Notes: generated from the sequence alone by a model not told the origin. A DNA stretch of 59,754 bases, filler included, from Asterionella formosa (GCA_002256025.1; 9 parts of 9 records of this genome joined end to end with filler, not necessarily neighbours in it), one strand, 5' to 3'; counted from the first letter of the whole stretch, positions 35,404 through 48,372 are shown. Program-made: numbers and translations.

Positions 35404-36662
35404 GTGGGCGCGCTCTGATATTAAAAAATTATTATGTCATGTGTATTATAACACAAATCGTTGTACCCAGAACCCCAAAATTTTTGTTTGTGTTGACCAA
35501 ATTCGGTAAATATCGTAAGCACCTCGGGGTGCCTAACATTTTACCAAATTTAATCAACACAAACACAATTTTTTACAGTCATAAATAACAGTCTATTATT
35601 ATAGATATAGTAGATATTAGGAATGAATGACTACATAAAATTTCCCATAATATTTCAAGAGTTGCTTGCTCATACCCGAAATGGCTTGCTCTTTCCAAAG
35701 ACGATGTCAATATGCATATGCATCAATTGTCCTAAAGGTATCATCAATCCTCATCTGCTTCCAGTTTTGTTGTGATCATGTCTGCTTGTTCACAATCCAC
35801 CTGCAATACAATCTTAGTGGTCACAACCAATATCAATTCATGTGCAATGTCTACACTGATTGATGACTATTAGGCGAAATGAAGAAACAGAGAACATTAT
35901 ATCATTCTATACATTTGTTTGTTAGCTTTAATGTCACTACATCGTCAACACTGCCATAAACTTAAATACATTTGCTGTCATCAAAAACTGAATTGATTTC
36001 ACTTCTGTCCACATGGGAATTGATACAATCTTGTCTTTGAAAGTCGGGAATAAGTTGGCAGGCTTCCTGCCAATCGCTCTTGCCTTTGCTGAAATTGATT
36101 TTTTATTTCATTGAAAACTTGATTGATTTCACCTCCATCGCTTTGGGGATTGATAAGAACTTGTCGTTGAAAAGCGGGAACAGGTTGGGCTCAGTCCATA
36201 GCATGGGCAAACAAACAATGCAAGTGTGACTGTCTTCATTTTGGAGTGAAAAGTCGCTCTTGGAGAGCAATACCTCGTTGTGAAAGTTCTGTTGGCCTGA
36301 TTTCACGATCAAAGGCTTGTTTCTTGAGAAAAGCTGAAATTTCTGTGTCTCTGTCTCATTTTTTAAGTTCACTCATGGCATCATCCTTGTCATCAGGAGA
36401 TGAGAGGTAAGCCGACGTGCTGGTCAGTGACTGACATTGATGAAATTATGGAACTCATGTGGACAATGAACAAGAGGCCGCATAACACGCAAGAGGATGC
36501 AACGCTATGAAACTATAACTGTTATAAATCAAAGTTAAATTTATATAAAATGTCAGATGACTAATCTAAAACATCTTGATTATCAGAGCTCGACGACGTT
36601 ATTATGTATCAAATCAAATACACACATGATATAATAATTTTTTCATATCAGAGCGCGCCCAG
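35404..36662. mobile_element. Non-autonomous Tc1/mariner-like TIR element with TA target duplication
   Basis: TA|GTGGGCGCGCTCTGATA ... TATCAGAGCGCGCCCAG|TA; ~45-bp imperfect TIRs; no intact ORF. Confidence 0.8.
35477..35572. repeat. ~96-bp near-perfect hairpin
   Basis: AAAATT..TGTTTGTGTTGA..AAATT.GGTAAA..GCACC-tcgg-GGTGC...TCAACACAAACA..AATTTT. Confidence 0.8.
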
Positions 36663-37049
36663 TATGTTGGGGAAACTGGTATCGCGCATTGTACGCTCCT
36701 GTCAGCAAATGGCTTTATAGACCGGTTTTCATGTATATATATATATATATATATTAATCAAGGGGCTGCGGCACATTATGGTATTGCCAGGAGTTTTGAC
36801 ATATGTCATTCACATTTGTCGGATTCCACGACTATACAAACTGCGAATTTGCAATCAATCAAATCTTAGTTGATTCATAACTTAATTCACATTTTGATTT
36901 GAGTTATTGTTTTTGTCTTAGTATTCTTTGTTGCGCAGCTGCTGTGAAAGTGTCGAATCTGCTAGTAACAGTGTTCTTTGAAAAATTTGAGCATCACTAC
37001 ATAAGCTACAAGAAAAAATGTGCCATCAGCGACTTCAATTTTCGTTGTC

Positions 37050-37335
37050 AACATTAGTGTTACTAGAATAATTATTATATGATTGTACTGCCTGTCATTG
37101 CATGCTTGATATATGTACCAAAAGGAAAGCATTGTTCTCAATTTCTGTGGAGAAATTCGCTATTTTCATCATGGTCATTGCTGAGACAACATGGTGAAGA
37201 AGTCTTCAGCCACTCAAGCACTATGAATACTGGCATAATCTAGTTACAGAAACAAAAGAATCACATTATTTCAGCTAAATAGTAATATACCAGCGCCTAC
37301 GTGGGCTACTCCTCGGACCCGGGTACCCTGAGCAT
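37050..37335 (+). repeat. Repeat family A, 5' part (uninterrupted at the GGTACC site)
   Basis: Aligns with 13870-14104 joined to 18251-18265. Confidence 0.65.
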
Positions 37336-38004
37336 GAATCCACACCGCCAGATATATAGTAGCTCTGATTACTACCAAACCTAGCATAGCTACCATCATT
37401 TTATTCTTTTCCATCATCACCACTTTCACAGTTGCGCAATCCATAGTGAAAGGCAAATTGCTGTTGTTCTATTGTTCTATCCTACTTCTTATGTATGTGG
37501 AGAATCGATGGATATAAGAAAAATGGGTCCTTAACATCTACATTTTGCTTTTGATACCTTTTTTAAAAAGTAGTTGCTAATTTTCTTCTTTATATATTTA
37601 GATTTAAATTGTATACATGGGTCTACACTCATTTTAAGCCAAGTATAAATAAAAGGATAAGACTAATATGGACTACTAGTCTAGTACAAAAACATTGCAG
37701 CAATGAATCCAGTGGTAGTCAAGATACATAGTAGTGTTCTGGGTTCCTTTTGGGGAACTGTCGGAAAGAAAAGGCATCATCACCATGGCGGAAAATTAAA
37801 TTTTGATGGAAGTGGGTCATGACAATATAAATAAGAAACCAACACCATCAAGGACACTTCTTACTAATGCAAAGGCGATGAAAGAAACCGAGGAAATAGC
37901 AGCGAAACCGACGAAAAAACAAGAAATTAACGCAAAGTGAGATTGCACCATAAATGTTGGCATTCAAGGCGACGCTTACAAAAGCAAGGTAAATGGCTGA
38001 AAAA

Positions 38005-38316
38005 ATTCTTTCTTTCTCACATGATTCTACTACTTTGAATATCATACTTTGGTTGCTCTAAACATCATGCGAATCTTACTGATATTGAATGTTACAATCA
38101 TTTTGCTCGTTTGATGCTGGTTTTTTCATCACGGACTCAAAATATCTATTTCGTTATTCTGGCTATCATGCTAAAAATCTGCAATTTTAATGCTGAACAA
38201 TTCGATGTGCCCCATTTTTCACCTAAAAAAGAATTACTTAAACAATTACGTAGAGCTTAAAAATACCTGTAAGGCAGTATCCAAATGGCAAAACAATAGC
38301 TGGAGCGGGAATTGCA
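38005..38316 (+). repeat. Repeat family B terminus (...AGCTGGAGCGGGAATTGCC)
   Basis: Homologous to 39939-40240, 53990-54288 and the reverse complement of 38844-39145. Confidence 0.75.
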
Positions 38317-38675
38317 TCATTAATAACCTGATAATACCTTCTTGGCGGCTTATTGCCTTTCTCACGCCTCAGGCGTATCGTGCCTTCAACAATGTTAAAG
38401 GGAAAATGATCAGGGTAGTGCACCTAACCAGAGAACATCGTAATTGTTATAAGACAGTCCTTGAAAGTAATGGATAAAACAGGATAATCTGTAAATTGTT
38501 TCCTATATTAAGTGCAACCAAAAATATTCCCTTCACTTGTGTCGGGCAGACCACCAGCTGAATGGTGGCATGGTGAAAATTTTGCGGTACCAAGAATACA
38601 TTCTGCTTGGCCTGTAGGTTCTCCATATTATGCATCTAGAAATTCTCGAGTAGCTGTGCGTTTTCACTTCATTAA

Positions 38676-38870
38676 GCAATTCCCGCTTCAGCTATTGTCT
38701 TGTCACTCAGGTAATTCTAAGTAAGTCTAATTCCCTTAACAGAGTGAGTGATTTGTTCGGCAATTCCCGCACCAGCTATTGTCTTGTCACTCAGGTAATT
38801 CTAAGTAAGTCTAATTCCCTTAACAGAGTGAGTGATTTGTTTGGCAATTCCCGCTCCAGCTATTGTCTTG
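38676..38870. repeat. 84-bp tandem repeat (x2.3) of the family B terminus
   Basis: GCAATTCCCGC at 38676, 38760 and 38844 with near-identical intervening sequence. Confidence 0.9.
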
Positions 38871-39838
38871 CCATTTGGGTACTTGTTAGTAATTTTTAAG
38901 CTCTAAGCAATTTCTTATGTACTTTTAATTTAGGGGCAATATGGGGCACATCGAATTTTTCGACATGAAAATTGCCAATTTCAGCATGACAGCCAGAATA
39001 ACGGTAATACTCATAGAAATGTTCAAACAAGCGTCAAACACGCAAGAATTTTTAAAACATTGAATATCAAAGAAAATTAAACATGAGGTTTGGAGCAACC
39101 AAAGTATGATATGCAATATAATAAGTAGTGTCAAATGAGAAAAAGAAAATATTGTTTTGGGTTACTAGAAATGAAGTAAAAAATATGAATTTCAGCGGAG
39201 ATGTATGCATTGTAGTACTTACACAAGCAGCATTGACTTTGTTCCATCTCACAATCAAAGAGCGAAATAATAAAGAAAAGAGCAAAAACAGCTGAACCCA
39301 ATTGAGATCAGCAACATTATGTAGTGTAGATGTTCTGGTTGCAGAACCATGCACATACTAACTGTAGCCTGACACAACTTGCAGGCCTTCTGCCCACAGT
39401 CATTCCTCCCACCGGCCAAACAACACCAATCATTCTATTCTATTCTCAGCAAGCATGATCGCCAGGCTGCGCCACTATTGACTCCCTCTAGCTGAATATT
39501 GATGCATAGCTTGAGTTACAACTCTGAGTAGAAAGGTAGGAAAGCATGTTAGTACAAGAAAAGCATTGCTTGGTGCCAATATTGATATCATGGTCAACAA
39601 CTCCCATACAAATCAACAAATAAGATCAACAACAATAAATCTTCAACAAGTAGGCATTGATACAAACATTGGCCCTTATGTAGATAGACACAATCAAGCC
39701 AAAACGACAGTACAGAACAACAAACAACGATGGAAGTGATCAAAACGGACAATGGTAACAATCAAATCGCAAATTCGACAAATGGTAACTTTTTTCCACA
39801 TTCAGTGTTTCACTGTTATACTCACCAAACCGCTCTAC
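38844..39838 (-). repeat. Repeat family B, ~1-kb copy
   Basis: Reverse complement aligns with ~53270-54288. Confidence 0.75.
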
Positions 39839-39938
39839 NNNNNNNNNNNNNNNNNNNNNNNNNNNNNNNNNNNNNNNNNNNNTTAATTAATTAANNNNNN
39901 NNNNNNNNNNNNNNNNNNNNNNNNNNNNNNNNNNNNNN

Positions 39939-40240
39939 TTTCTCATTTGATGCTACTTATTACATCGCATTTCATACTTTGGTTGCTCCAAACATCATGT
40001 TCAATTTTCGTTGATGTTGCATGTTACAATCATTCTCGTGTGTTTTACGCTTGTTGTACCATCTCTATGCATATTACCGTTATTCAGGTTGTCATGCTAA
40101 AATCGGCAATTTTAATGCCGAAAAATTCGAAGTGCCCCATATTGCCCTTAAATAAAAATTACTTAAGAAATTACTTAGAGACTAAAAATTACTTAGAAGT
40201 ACCCGAATGGCAAGACGATAGCTGGAGCGGGAATTGCCGA
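39939..40240 (+). repeat. Repeat family B terminus
   Basis: Nearly identical to 53990-54288; the same ORF-like text appears in the ORF track. Confidence 0.85.
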
Positions 40241-40888
40241 TAGAGGTACCGGTATCTACCAGAGTGCCTAATATCACGAACGGTACCTGGCGTACTCAAT
40301 TTCAGTATACCTGAGACATATGGAAAACGTGCTTGTACATACACATCGGCATGAATTTTTGATACACGTTTCAAAATTTGCACCAAAAGCTATTCTCAAA
40401 GGCGTTATATGTTAGCATCGTTGGGGATGGGCCGGGGTGGCGAAATGCATGTACGCTGGCCTTCCTACCGAGGTAACGTTTAACTGATGTAGTAAAAGCA
40501 GGGAGTTGACGGAAACTCCAAAGTACAAAAGTCACGTACAAAAACGGTGTTTTTATATAAGGCTGAAACTTACGGTGCACGAAATACGAAGATAAATCTT
40601 CGATCTTCGTATTCGGGAAATTTTATGGCCACCTTTACGGTCCCAAAGATTAAATAGTATGTCAATCCATACGTCAAAAGACCGATCTCGAGAATCGATA
40701 TTTATTTCCTACATGAAAATTAATAGTCTTGTCCGCAGGAATATTATAGTAATTTATTAAAGTGAAAATCGTCAACACTCAATGCTCCATCATCATCGTT
40801 GTTGTTGTTGTTTTAAGGTGATTGGCCTCCACATCGGGCTATCTCCTTTCTCCTCTGCGCCCACCACCAGCATCTCTCTATTATCACA

Positions 40889-42205
40889 ATGGCAACTGAA
40901 GGACCAACGGAATACTCAACTGAGGAGGAACATTGTTCCTTTTGCAACAGTATTCGATATTGGATAGGCGGCCCCATTCAAGTGACATGCTTCGAAGTGT
41001 GCAGATTGCCATTATATTTGCTGCTGGTTGTGAACTTCAACACAGGTTTGCATCTAGGGAGAAGAAGAAATTTCGAGATACAGCTGAAGCTTATTTTCGA
41101 ATTCTTGATGAAGACCTCGAGGATGATATGTGTGATACCGCCAAAAAAAATTCAACTTCGATATGCATGGGGGTTCAAGGATAAATCGAGCATGACTGGT
41201 GATACCTTATGGAGAAAGTGGCAAGAGATTAGAAACAAACTTCGCAACAGTATCATTTCTAGTTCAAAAATCGCCCAGGATTCTCACAAACTTCCAAGTG
41301 GACAAGGTTTGAAGGATGTATATTTCAAATTTGTTTGCAATATTTACAAGCAAAGTTTCCAAAAGAAGAATCCAATGTGTCAAATCATGATTGATGGAGT
41401 TGATCTACCGGGTCAATCAACCATCAGACTCGAAATCATGGTTGTTACAAGCCCACCAAATCATTGGGAATACAGGGATCCAATTTTGTGCTATTTGCTT
41501 ACCTTAAGATTTTTCGGAAGAATATGCAATTGGTTCCAGATGTGAAAGACAGTGATGTTGTAAAATATAAGTCGACGAGAGATGCTGCTGGCAGATCGCG
41601 AAGAGAAGAGGAATAAGGAGCATGGAAGGAGCAGCAAACGAAAGCATCATCATGATGAAAATTCATCACCAAGAAAACAGAAAACCCCAACCATGATGGA
41701 TATGTTGATGCTCAATTTTCAAGCAGCACAAACTCAAAAGGGAAAAACTGATGAGATTGTTGCTCATCTTGATCTATATGAAAGATTCAAGCACATACTC
41801 CCTGAAGACAGATATCATGCAGCTGTTTTGAATTGTTTCGATAGTAATCTACCTTCCCTACAAACTTATGATGTTGAGAGTACAAGTGTTTTGACTGACA
41901 AAAGTGTTATCTGTGCAACAAGTGTCTTTGGAAATGAGCTCACTCCAACAAATACTACCCCAATTCCCTCTTTTGTTTGTAATGATGAGCAAGATAAAGA
42001 GCAAGGCCCAGGACTTGTTGGAGGCATTTGCACCGACTTCCAAGTCATGAACAATGAACACCTTTGCATCGATTGCAACAAATATGTATGCTCCATTTGC
42101 TGTGATGGTTTTCGAAATCTACAGACCATTTGGTGTTGTGGTGCTTGCTTTTCTATGCACAGCTCTGACGCTCAGGAACTAATTAGGCAACAAAAATATT
42201 CATGA
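40889..42205 (+). pseudogene. Harbinger accessory ORF (Myb/SANT-like DNA-binding region + C-terminal Cys-rich zinc finger), frameshifted
   Basis: TLWRKWQEIRNKLR helix; CIDCNKYVCSICC...WCCGAC; split over several frames. Confidence 0.5.
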
Positions 42206-42252
42206 ATATAAAATATATTTTACTAAGAATATACATAGTTACATAATATATA

Positions 42253-43339
42253 TTAAGCTATCTTGCTAACTTGCTTCTTGTTACATATTTTACGAAATTC
42301 GTCATAATGATCAACAAGTAGTTGAATTCTATTCCACCATTGACTTTGTTTACCCCCAGCCTCTGTTTCATTCAAGAAGTTGCGGTGTGAAGTAATATGC
42401 AATTCCATGCAGTCACCTTGCACATTATGTTTGTGCAATATGCTGTGTGTCAGAACTTTCACAGTCAAGGTAACCATCGCTTTCTAATAGAATGTTATAG
42501 AGCATACAGCATGATGTGAACGCATTTTCGATATGCTCAGGTCAAGACAAGTTGTTCTAGTTCTTAAGAAATAACCATCAACTTTTCAATATACCAAAAG
42601 TACATTCAATATCTTTTCGAACAGAATTTACCATCATACCCCATGCCCTTTCTTTGCCATGTTCATTTCCGTTTTTAATTGGACAAATCAACACCGACCA
42701 TCGTAGGTACCATCCATCACAAATGAAATAGTAGCCTTTACAAGTAATAGAAGACTCAATAGTGAGCACATTCCACTCTTGCCTGCCAAGAAACGAATTT
42801 CTATCTTGTAGATTGGAAACAGCAGCATCAAACTTGACTATGCATGTGTTTGTCATTTCTTGTTCCTGGGTGTAGGTAGCTGATTGATAAAATCTTTCTT
42901 CTGTGATCAGAAACCACCTCAAAACAACTGAAGGATACCCCTTGGAACCTTAAAATATAATCTTCTGGTATGCAGGACATCGATTCCATCCAATGTGCAC
43001 ACAATCGACTGAGCCTATACAACCTGGAAGCCCAATGGAACTGTAATCATTTAGAATTCGTTGCAGTTGGTCATCATCTTCCTCTTCTTCTCTCAGTATG
43101 TATACATATTCATCCTTCTTTTCTGCAAACTTTGAAGTCCAGTGAATGAAAAATATTTTGTGTACCTCTTTAGAGATGTCAGTTTGAATGTACACATACA
43201 AATGGGAAGCACCGGTTGCTAGAGTGTAGAGAACATCCAGGAGGAGCAACTCAAGGTCATTGCACAGAAGATTGGTGCAATCTTTCCTGTGCGGATCATA
43301 CCAACCATTAGATATTGTCATACTATCATACAGTTTCAA
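42253..43339 (-). pseudogene. PIF/Harbinger (DDE_Tnp_4 / Plant_tran-like) transposase, frameshifted
   Basis: GLPGCIGSVDCVH..W.RCP, HPGTRNDK, YYFICDGWY, VRKDIECTFGILK, CCMLYN. Confidence 0.85.
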
Positions 43340-43808
43340 GAATATGACCGTAAAACGGGGCCTAAAATCGACCTGCTTGTATCACGTTTTCAAAAGGAAA
43401 CGCAAAGAACGCGAAGTTCGCAAAAGTTGGTAAACGACCGCAGAAAAACGTCATACATCGGGTGTTTCTCGTTCTTTTGCTGTCTTACGACAAAAATTTA
43501 ATGAAAAATATAACTATGTAAGAAACAACTACAACAAATTGCTGACGATTTAACGACAATGATCATGCAATCTTCCCCTCGTTTGTCATTGTATACTAGT
43601 CAAATAGATAGAATCAAATAGTCGCTAGCATATACTACACAATTCTAATTGTAGCTGCTACATTTTTTTAGATATAGCAGAAACAGTAAAATCGGAAACC
43701 CACAAGTGGCTCGATGACAAAGATGATATCTCGATGCTGCATTGTTGTCACATTGAAACGCGTCTTATTTGTACATATGCGCCATTCTACAATTCTCCAT
43801 TGCCTACA

Positions 43809-44360
43809 GGAAGGTCCGGTAATGCACGTTTTATGCGCATCCTTTCAGTTTCAACTCACTCCCGATGATTCATTGCATGCCTGCTGGGTGAGATAGGCCA
43901 ACTTTCGATTTCATCTATTCCTTTTAAGTACCGGCAATTTAGGAATAGACCGATGACGATTTGCAAATGCAGTCACTGAATACGACTCCGATTTGCAGAA
44001 GATGACTACTATGACTTGCTGACTGATACATCAATTGAGCAAACCGTCTTCTTGGAATACAAATAGGAATTCCTCTATACATTTTAGAACTCGCTGAATT
44101 TTACTAAAATCTGCTGACTTCGACTAGAATATACTGACTACGAATAGAATCTGCTGACTACAAATAGAATTTGCTGACAACAATCACTATAAATTGCTGA
44201 AATGACCCTTTTGTTTATGAAGTACCGGTATATGCATAACCTTCTACAACATGCAATTCTGATGCCTTGCCAGGACTACATATGAACACATGTCTGTACC
44301 TGGTACCGGTAAATAATGACTATATACATGGTCATAGTCGTTATCACGCCTTGTGATGAC
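43809..44360 (-). repeat. Repeat family A copy with internal ~20-bp minisatellite (44085-44200)
   Basis: Terminus match plus (GACTAGAATTTGCTGACTAC)-like units x5; shorter array at 52665-52710. Confidence 0.75.
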
Positions 44361-45350
44361 ACTGCCAATATTTGTGACATATCGGGACATAATACTACGC
44401 ACCAGTATATATTCAAACTATATTTCATCTTCTAGAGATCGGCATCATCGAATGATCGCTTTAAGTGGTCAGTTTCATCTCCCATTGGGGTGTCATATCG
44501 TCTCCAAACTGGAGAATTGTTCCCGGCACCTGCTGTTGCAGGATGTACTCTTGCTTCACCTGCTGCTGCAACAGATATTGCTGGCTTGTTTTTATTCGAC
44601 TAAATGAAGTATCCAAAATGCCTATAAGTGGATGTAGTTATTTGAACATGTATTAGTATTGACAACTTTTGCAAAAATTTACTTGCTCAACTTCATACCT
44701 TGAAATGCATTGTCAATATCATCTTCGTCAACCTTGCAAAGCTTGAGAAATCGACGCTCACCAATAATGATGCGAAGCATCCAGTGGGCTGGAAAATAGT
44801 TGTGAGCAGTATCAACACAATTCTTTCCAATTTTGTGATCCATAGTCAAGGAACGGATTGCAATATTCACCTTCCCTTCTTTACTGGTAGAATCGCAAGG
44901 AGTGCAAACAAACCCAGATGGGAAAACAAGCAAGACGGTCTTTACCCGATGATTGATATCTGCAAGGATCTTGTTTGCATGAACATTGTGAGCTTGTTCC
45001 ATGCGATCACACCTAGCTAGAATCCTCCTTTCTAAACAGCTCGTCACTGTTGCGTAGAATGAAGCTTGGCACTGATGGCCTCTGAACTAGCAGTGCCTTC
45101 CAATCTCATAATTAAGTCCTGGTTTACCACCCAACTTATGACTAGACCTCTTTGTTGTGTATGGTCAGGGCTCCTCAATTGGATAATGAGTTCCATCAAC
45201 TGACATGACGAAAATGGGAACAGTATCATCGAAATCGTCCCAGCAAGATACAATCTTTTACCAGGTATATAATTAGTGTTTAAGGAAGCAAATATGAGTA
45301 CCAGAGTAAGCAGTGTAGTACGTTTTACAATTGAGTCATCGTCTATATTC

Positions 45351-45494
45351 CTTTCAACTTGAGCACCAAACGCGCGCTTATTTACTTTTGACTTAAGCAC
45401 CGAACAATTATTTACTTTCAACTGAAGCACCAAGTGCTTAGTTACTTTTCAACTTAAGCACCAAACGCTTATTTACTTTCAACTTAAGCAGCAA
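45351..45494. repeat. ~30-bp minisatellite x4-5 (TTATTTACTTTCAACTTAAGCACCAAACGC)
   Basis: Visible tandem units with small variations. Confidence 0.85.
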
Positions 45495-46927
45495 GGCTCA
45501 AGAGCACAAGACAGTCCTCCACGGAAGCGTGCCAGTCCTTGCACGAAACGCTCTCAATATATAGTTAGCTAATAAAATTTAACGCCCCAAATTTATTGCC
45601 GTTAAACGGTTTTAAGCACTTTTTCTGGATGTCCCTGGTACTGCTACCTCCTGTAGCACTACTTTGTCACTGCATCTCCTTTATTTTTAATGGTGTGTCC
45701 TTCTGCTGTGAAAATAGCTCAAGTACCACCTAAAAACTGCTTTCAACCTTTATTTCGCTTCAATCATCATAGATGCTCCAGATTTTCACGAGAGGTGGGG
45801 GATTATGATTGGACAAACGATTCAGCCAGATTCCATCAACAACAGAAGATATGATTGTTTACAATGATACTTTTTTAACAACGCAACTTGCAACTTTCTG
45901 GTGTATTTACACCCTCTACACTAGTACTGGCCCTACGACCCTCCCTACGTGCTGCTGCTGAATTTTCCGCCCTCACCATGGTGTCTTCGGACAAGGCAGC
46001 ATGCGCTGCTGCCCCTCCGAGCAACACTCCTAAGGATAACATTAACCGCTTCGCTCCTGTCGAAACTCCACAAAAGAAAGCGCCCAAATACACAAATAAG
46101 AAGTCAAAGCTTGATATCTGGACATGAATGCCTCCTATATTAGGCGCCTACTTCAAGCACCATCATCCCGCCTCTTTTGCTCCCTCATCCTCTCTCACTC
46201 ATTGCACTCATCCCTCTCTCTCTCGTTACCATGCGAAACAAGAAGCAGAAGTGCTCCTTCCAGCTGAAATCACCCACTCCCCTCATCACAGTGTCATCTT
46301 ACTTTATCTTTTCCACCCCTATATCTTTGCTGATCCGACCTCGACTTACTCTGTTAAAGTATTACCTTTTGTATAGATCTATATCGTTAGACAAAGAAGA
46401 CTATAGATAGAGACGTTCGTTTCTCTTTCCGTTTCTATATTCTTATTGTGAGTTTACTAATCTAGTTTAGGTTGTTCTNNNNNNNNNNNNNNNNNNNNNN
46501 NNNNNNNNNNNNNNNNNNNNNNTTAATTAATTAANNNNNNNNNNNNNNNNNNNNNNNNNNNNNNNNNNNNNNNNNNNNATAGACTTGCACCAATATTATA
46601 GCAGAATGGACTAATATTCAATTGGCATATGAGTTCAAAAATGATTCGCCAAGCTAGTATGGTTCCAATATAAACTGGTATACTGTAGCCAATTTGCGAG
46701 CTGCTGCACCATAAACTGAAAAATGGCTGCACATCATGTTCGCAGATAGGAGGAGGGATATAATGGTGTATACAAAGATCAGCGAGAAGGGCGTGTTGTT
46801 CCAATGTGACATTTGTTATGATCTTTGACGGGATGCTTACAAGACACTATAGCTACGAGGGGGAGGAGGTCCCAATGTTCGTAAACACACACACACTAGT
46901 TTGCGCAGCCAACATGACGGAACGAGA

Positions 46928-47776
46928 CTATCCTTCCATTAAATCCTCTATTTGCTGTTGTGTTGTTGCAGTATGAAGTGGTCGATTGGGATGTCGTTCA
47001 CAATGATGTTGAATGGCTTGTTCTGTTGCATTCATATATGATTCTCTCCCTGTCCCATTCCACCACCATTGTTGCATTGTTTCCATCACTACATCCACAT
47101 TTAGGGGCTCATGGTTGTCAATATTAAAGTTCTCCAATTGCAATCGTGCTGGCACAATTCCAAGACATTCAGCTCGTTGCAAACTCCGATTCAATTGAAC
47201 CCTCCTGTCAATAAGCATCCCCACAACAACAATTGATGGAGCAGGTTTGTTCGGGTCCAACGACGTTTCCGCATCGGGAGATAGGTATACTGCTCCATGA
47301 TGAGTAGTACCAGTAGCAAACTGTTCCATGGACTGTAGCGAAAATTCCATATTTTCTGGTAACTGTCCTTTCCAAAGTTCCTCCATCCGAGTCTTGATGG
47401 CCTTTTGATCAGCCTCATTACATCCAAGTAATTTGACGACTGCCACATCATGTTGTTGATGTTGTCTTTGCCATTTAAGAAAATTAACAATTTGTTTTGC
47501 AACAGCCAAGATTTTTTCTTTCCGAGGTCTTGGTTCTGATGGAAATCCATAGCCAGCATCACAAGCAATAATAGCTGGAATAGTAGCAGTAACATTCACC
47601 GCATCAGCGTCCTCGTTCTTATTGACGACGATGGAAAGGTTGGAAATGGCCAATGTTGTTTCAACTAGAAGCTGTAACTGTTCTTCATGTTGCTTGTCGT
47701 CATTCTCAGTCTTCGTCGCAGTAGTAGTAGTAGCAGTATTGTTGTGTTTGTTATCAGTCTCACCAGGCATAGACAT
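46928..47776 (-). CDS. Trm10-family SPOUT tRNA (m1G9/m1A9) methyltransferase-like protein
   Basis: AVYLSPDA..LD, VVVGMLIDR, SLQRAECLGI.PARL.L, PLNVDVV; low-complexity N-terminus. Confidence 0.75.
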   Translation of the reverse strand: MSMPGETDNKHNNTATTTTATKTENDDKQHEEQLQLLVETTLAISNLSIVVNKNEDADAVNVTATIPAIIACDAGYGFPSEPRPRKEKILAVAKQIVNFLKWQRQHQQHDVAVVKLLGCNEADQKAIKTRMEELWKGQLPENMEFSLQSMEQFATGTTHHGAVYLSPDAETSLDPNKPAPSIVVVGMLIDRRVQLNRSLQRAECLGIVPARLQLENFNIDNHEPLNVDVVMETMQQWWWNGTGRESYMNATEQAIQHHCERHPNRPLHTATTQQQIEDLMEG

Positions 47777-48372
47777 TATAATTGTGTTGTTGTTCGTTGA
47801 GAAGAACGAGAAAGCCGCTTTTACTACTGTTACTGGCAGAGTTTCAATTAATTACCCTTTGGATTGTTGGTTCTCCCAATGCCTTAGCTTGGTGCTGCTT
47901 GACGAAAATGAGAAACAGAAGGGATCGATTGATCCGCTATACTAGCATCGGTGGCGACTGATGATGAGTTGCCGATCACAGCCATGCCCATTGTTTAGTA
48001 TACGACAGCTGAAGCAGTATACCGGTATTTAGACAGACTTTAAAAGTAGTAATTATTATAAAATTTATATTTAGTTGATGCCAGTAGAGCGACTTGAAAT
48101 GTCCGATAATTGAGAAATTTACTATGGGTATCGTTTCCTGGTGGTCTATGTATTACATATACCGGTACACAGTATTACCAGGTACATGGTACCATAGCTG
48201 TAGCTACTTGAATGGCCTTCCTATTTGCGTAAGATATGAATTTACCGTATGATTGAATCAGTGCATGCACAGTAAATACCACCGGCATGTAAATAAAAGA
48301 ATACCATATTGAATTTAATCGACGGTTAGCACGACTCATCAGCAGGTACCGGTACTGGTACCTGCCTTGATC

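Larger units (their letters stand above)
40627..43362. mobile_element. Degenerate PIF/Harbinger DNA transposon
   Basis: Candidate TIRs GGCCACCTTTACGGTC / GACCGTAAAACGGGGCC|TAA; two convergent ORFs (Myb/SANT-like and DDE transposase). Confidence 0.7.

Noticed and set aside
38676..38870. CRISPR-like repeat-spacer pattern
   Set aside because: The 'spacers' are identical, so this is a plain tandem duplication.
38841..40240. Apparent 1.4-kb foldback element with ~300-bp TIRs
   Set aside because: The two arms lie on different scaffolds separated by the artificial spacer at 39839-39938, so the juxtaposition is coincidental.
45351..45494. CRISPR-like array
   Set aside because: Units abut with only ~6 variable nt, there are no unique spacers and no cas genes, and the context is eukaryotic.
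1962..47776. Cluster of tRNA/translation genes (YbaK fusion, RsfS, Trm10)
   Set aside because: The genes are on different unlinked scaffolds.
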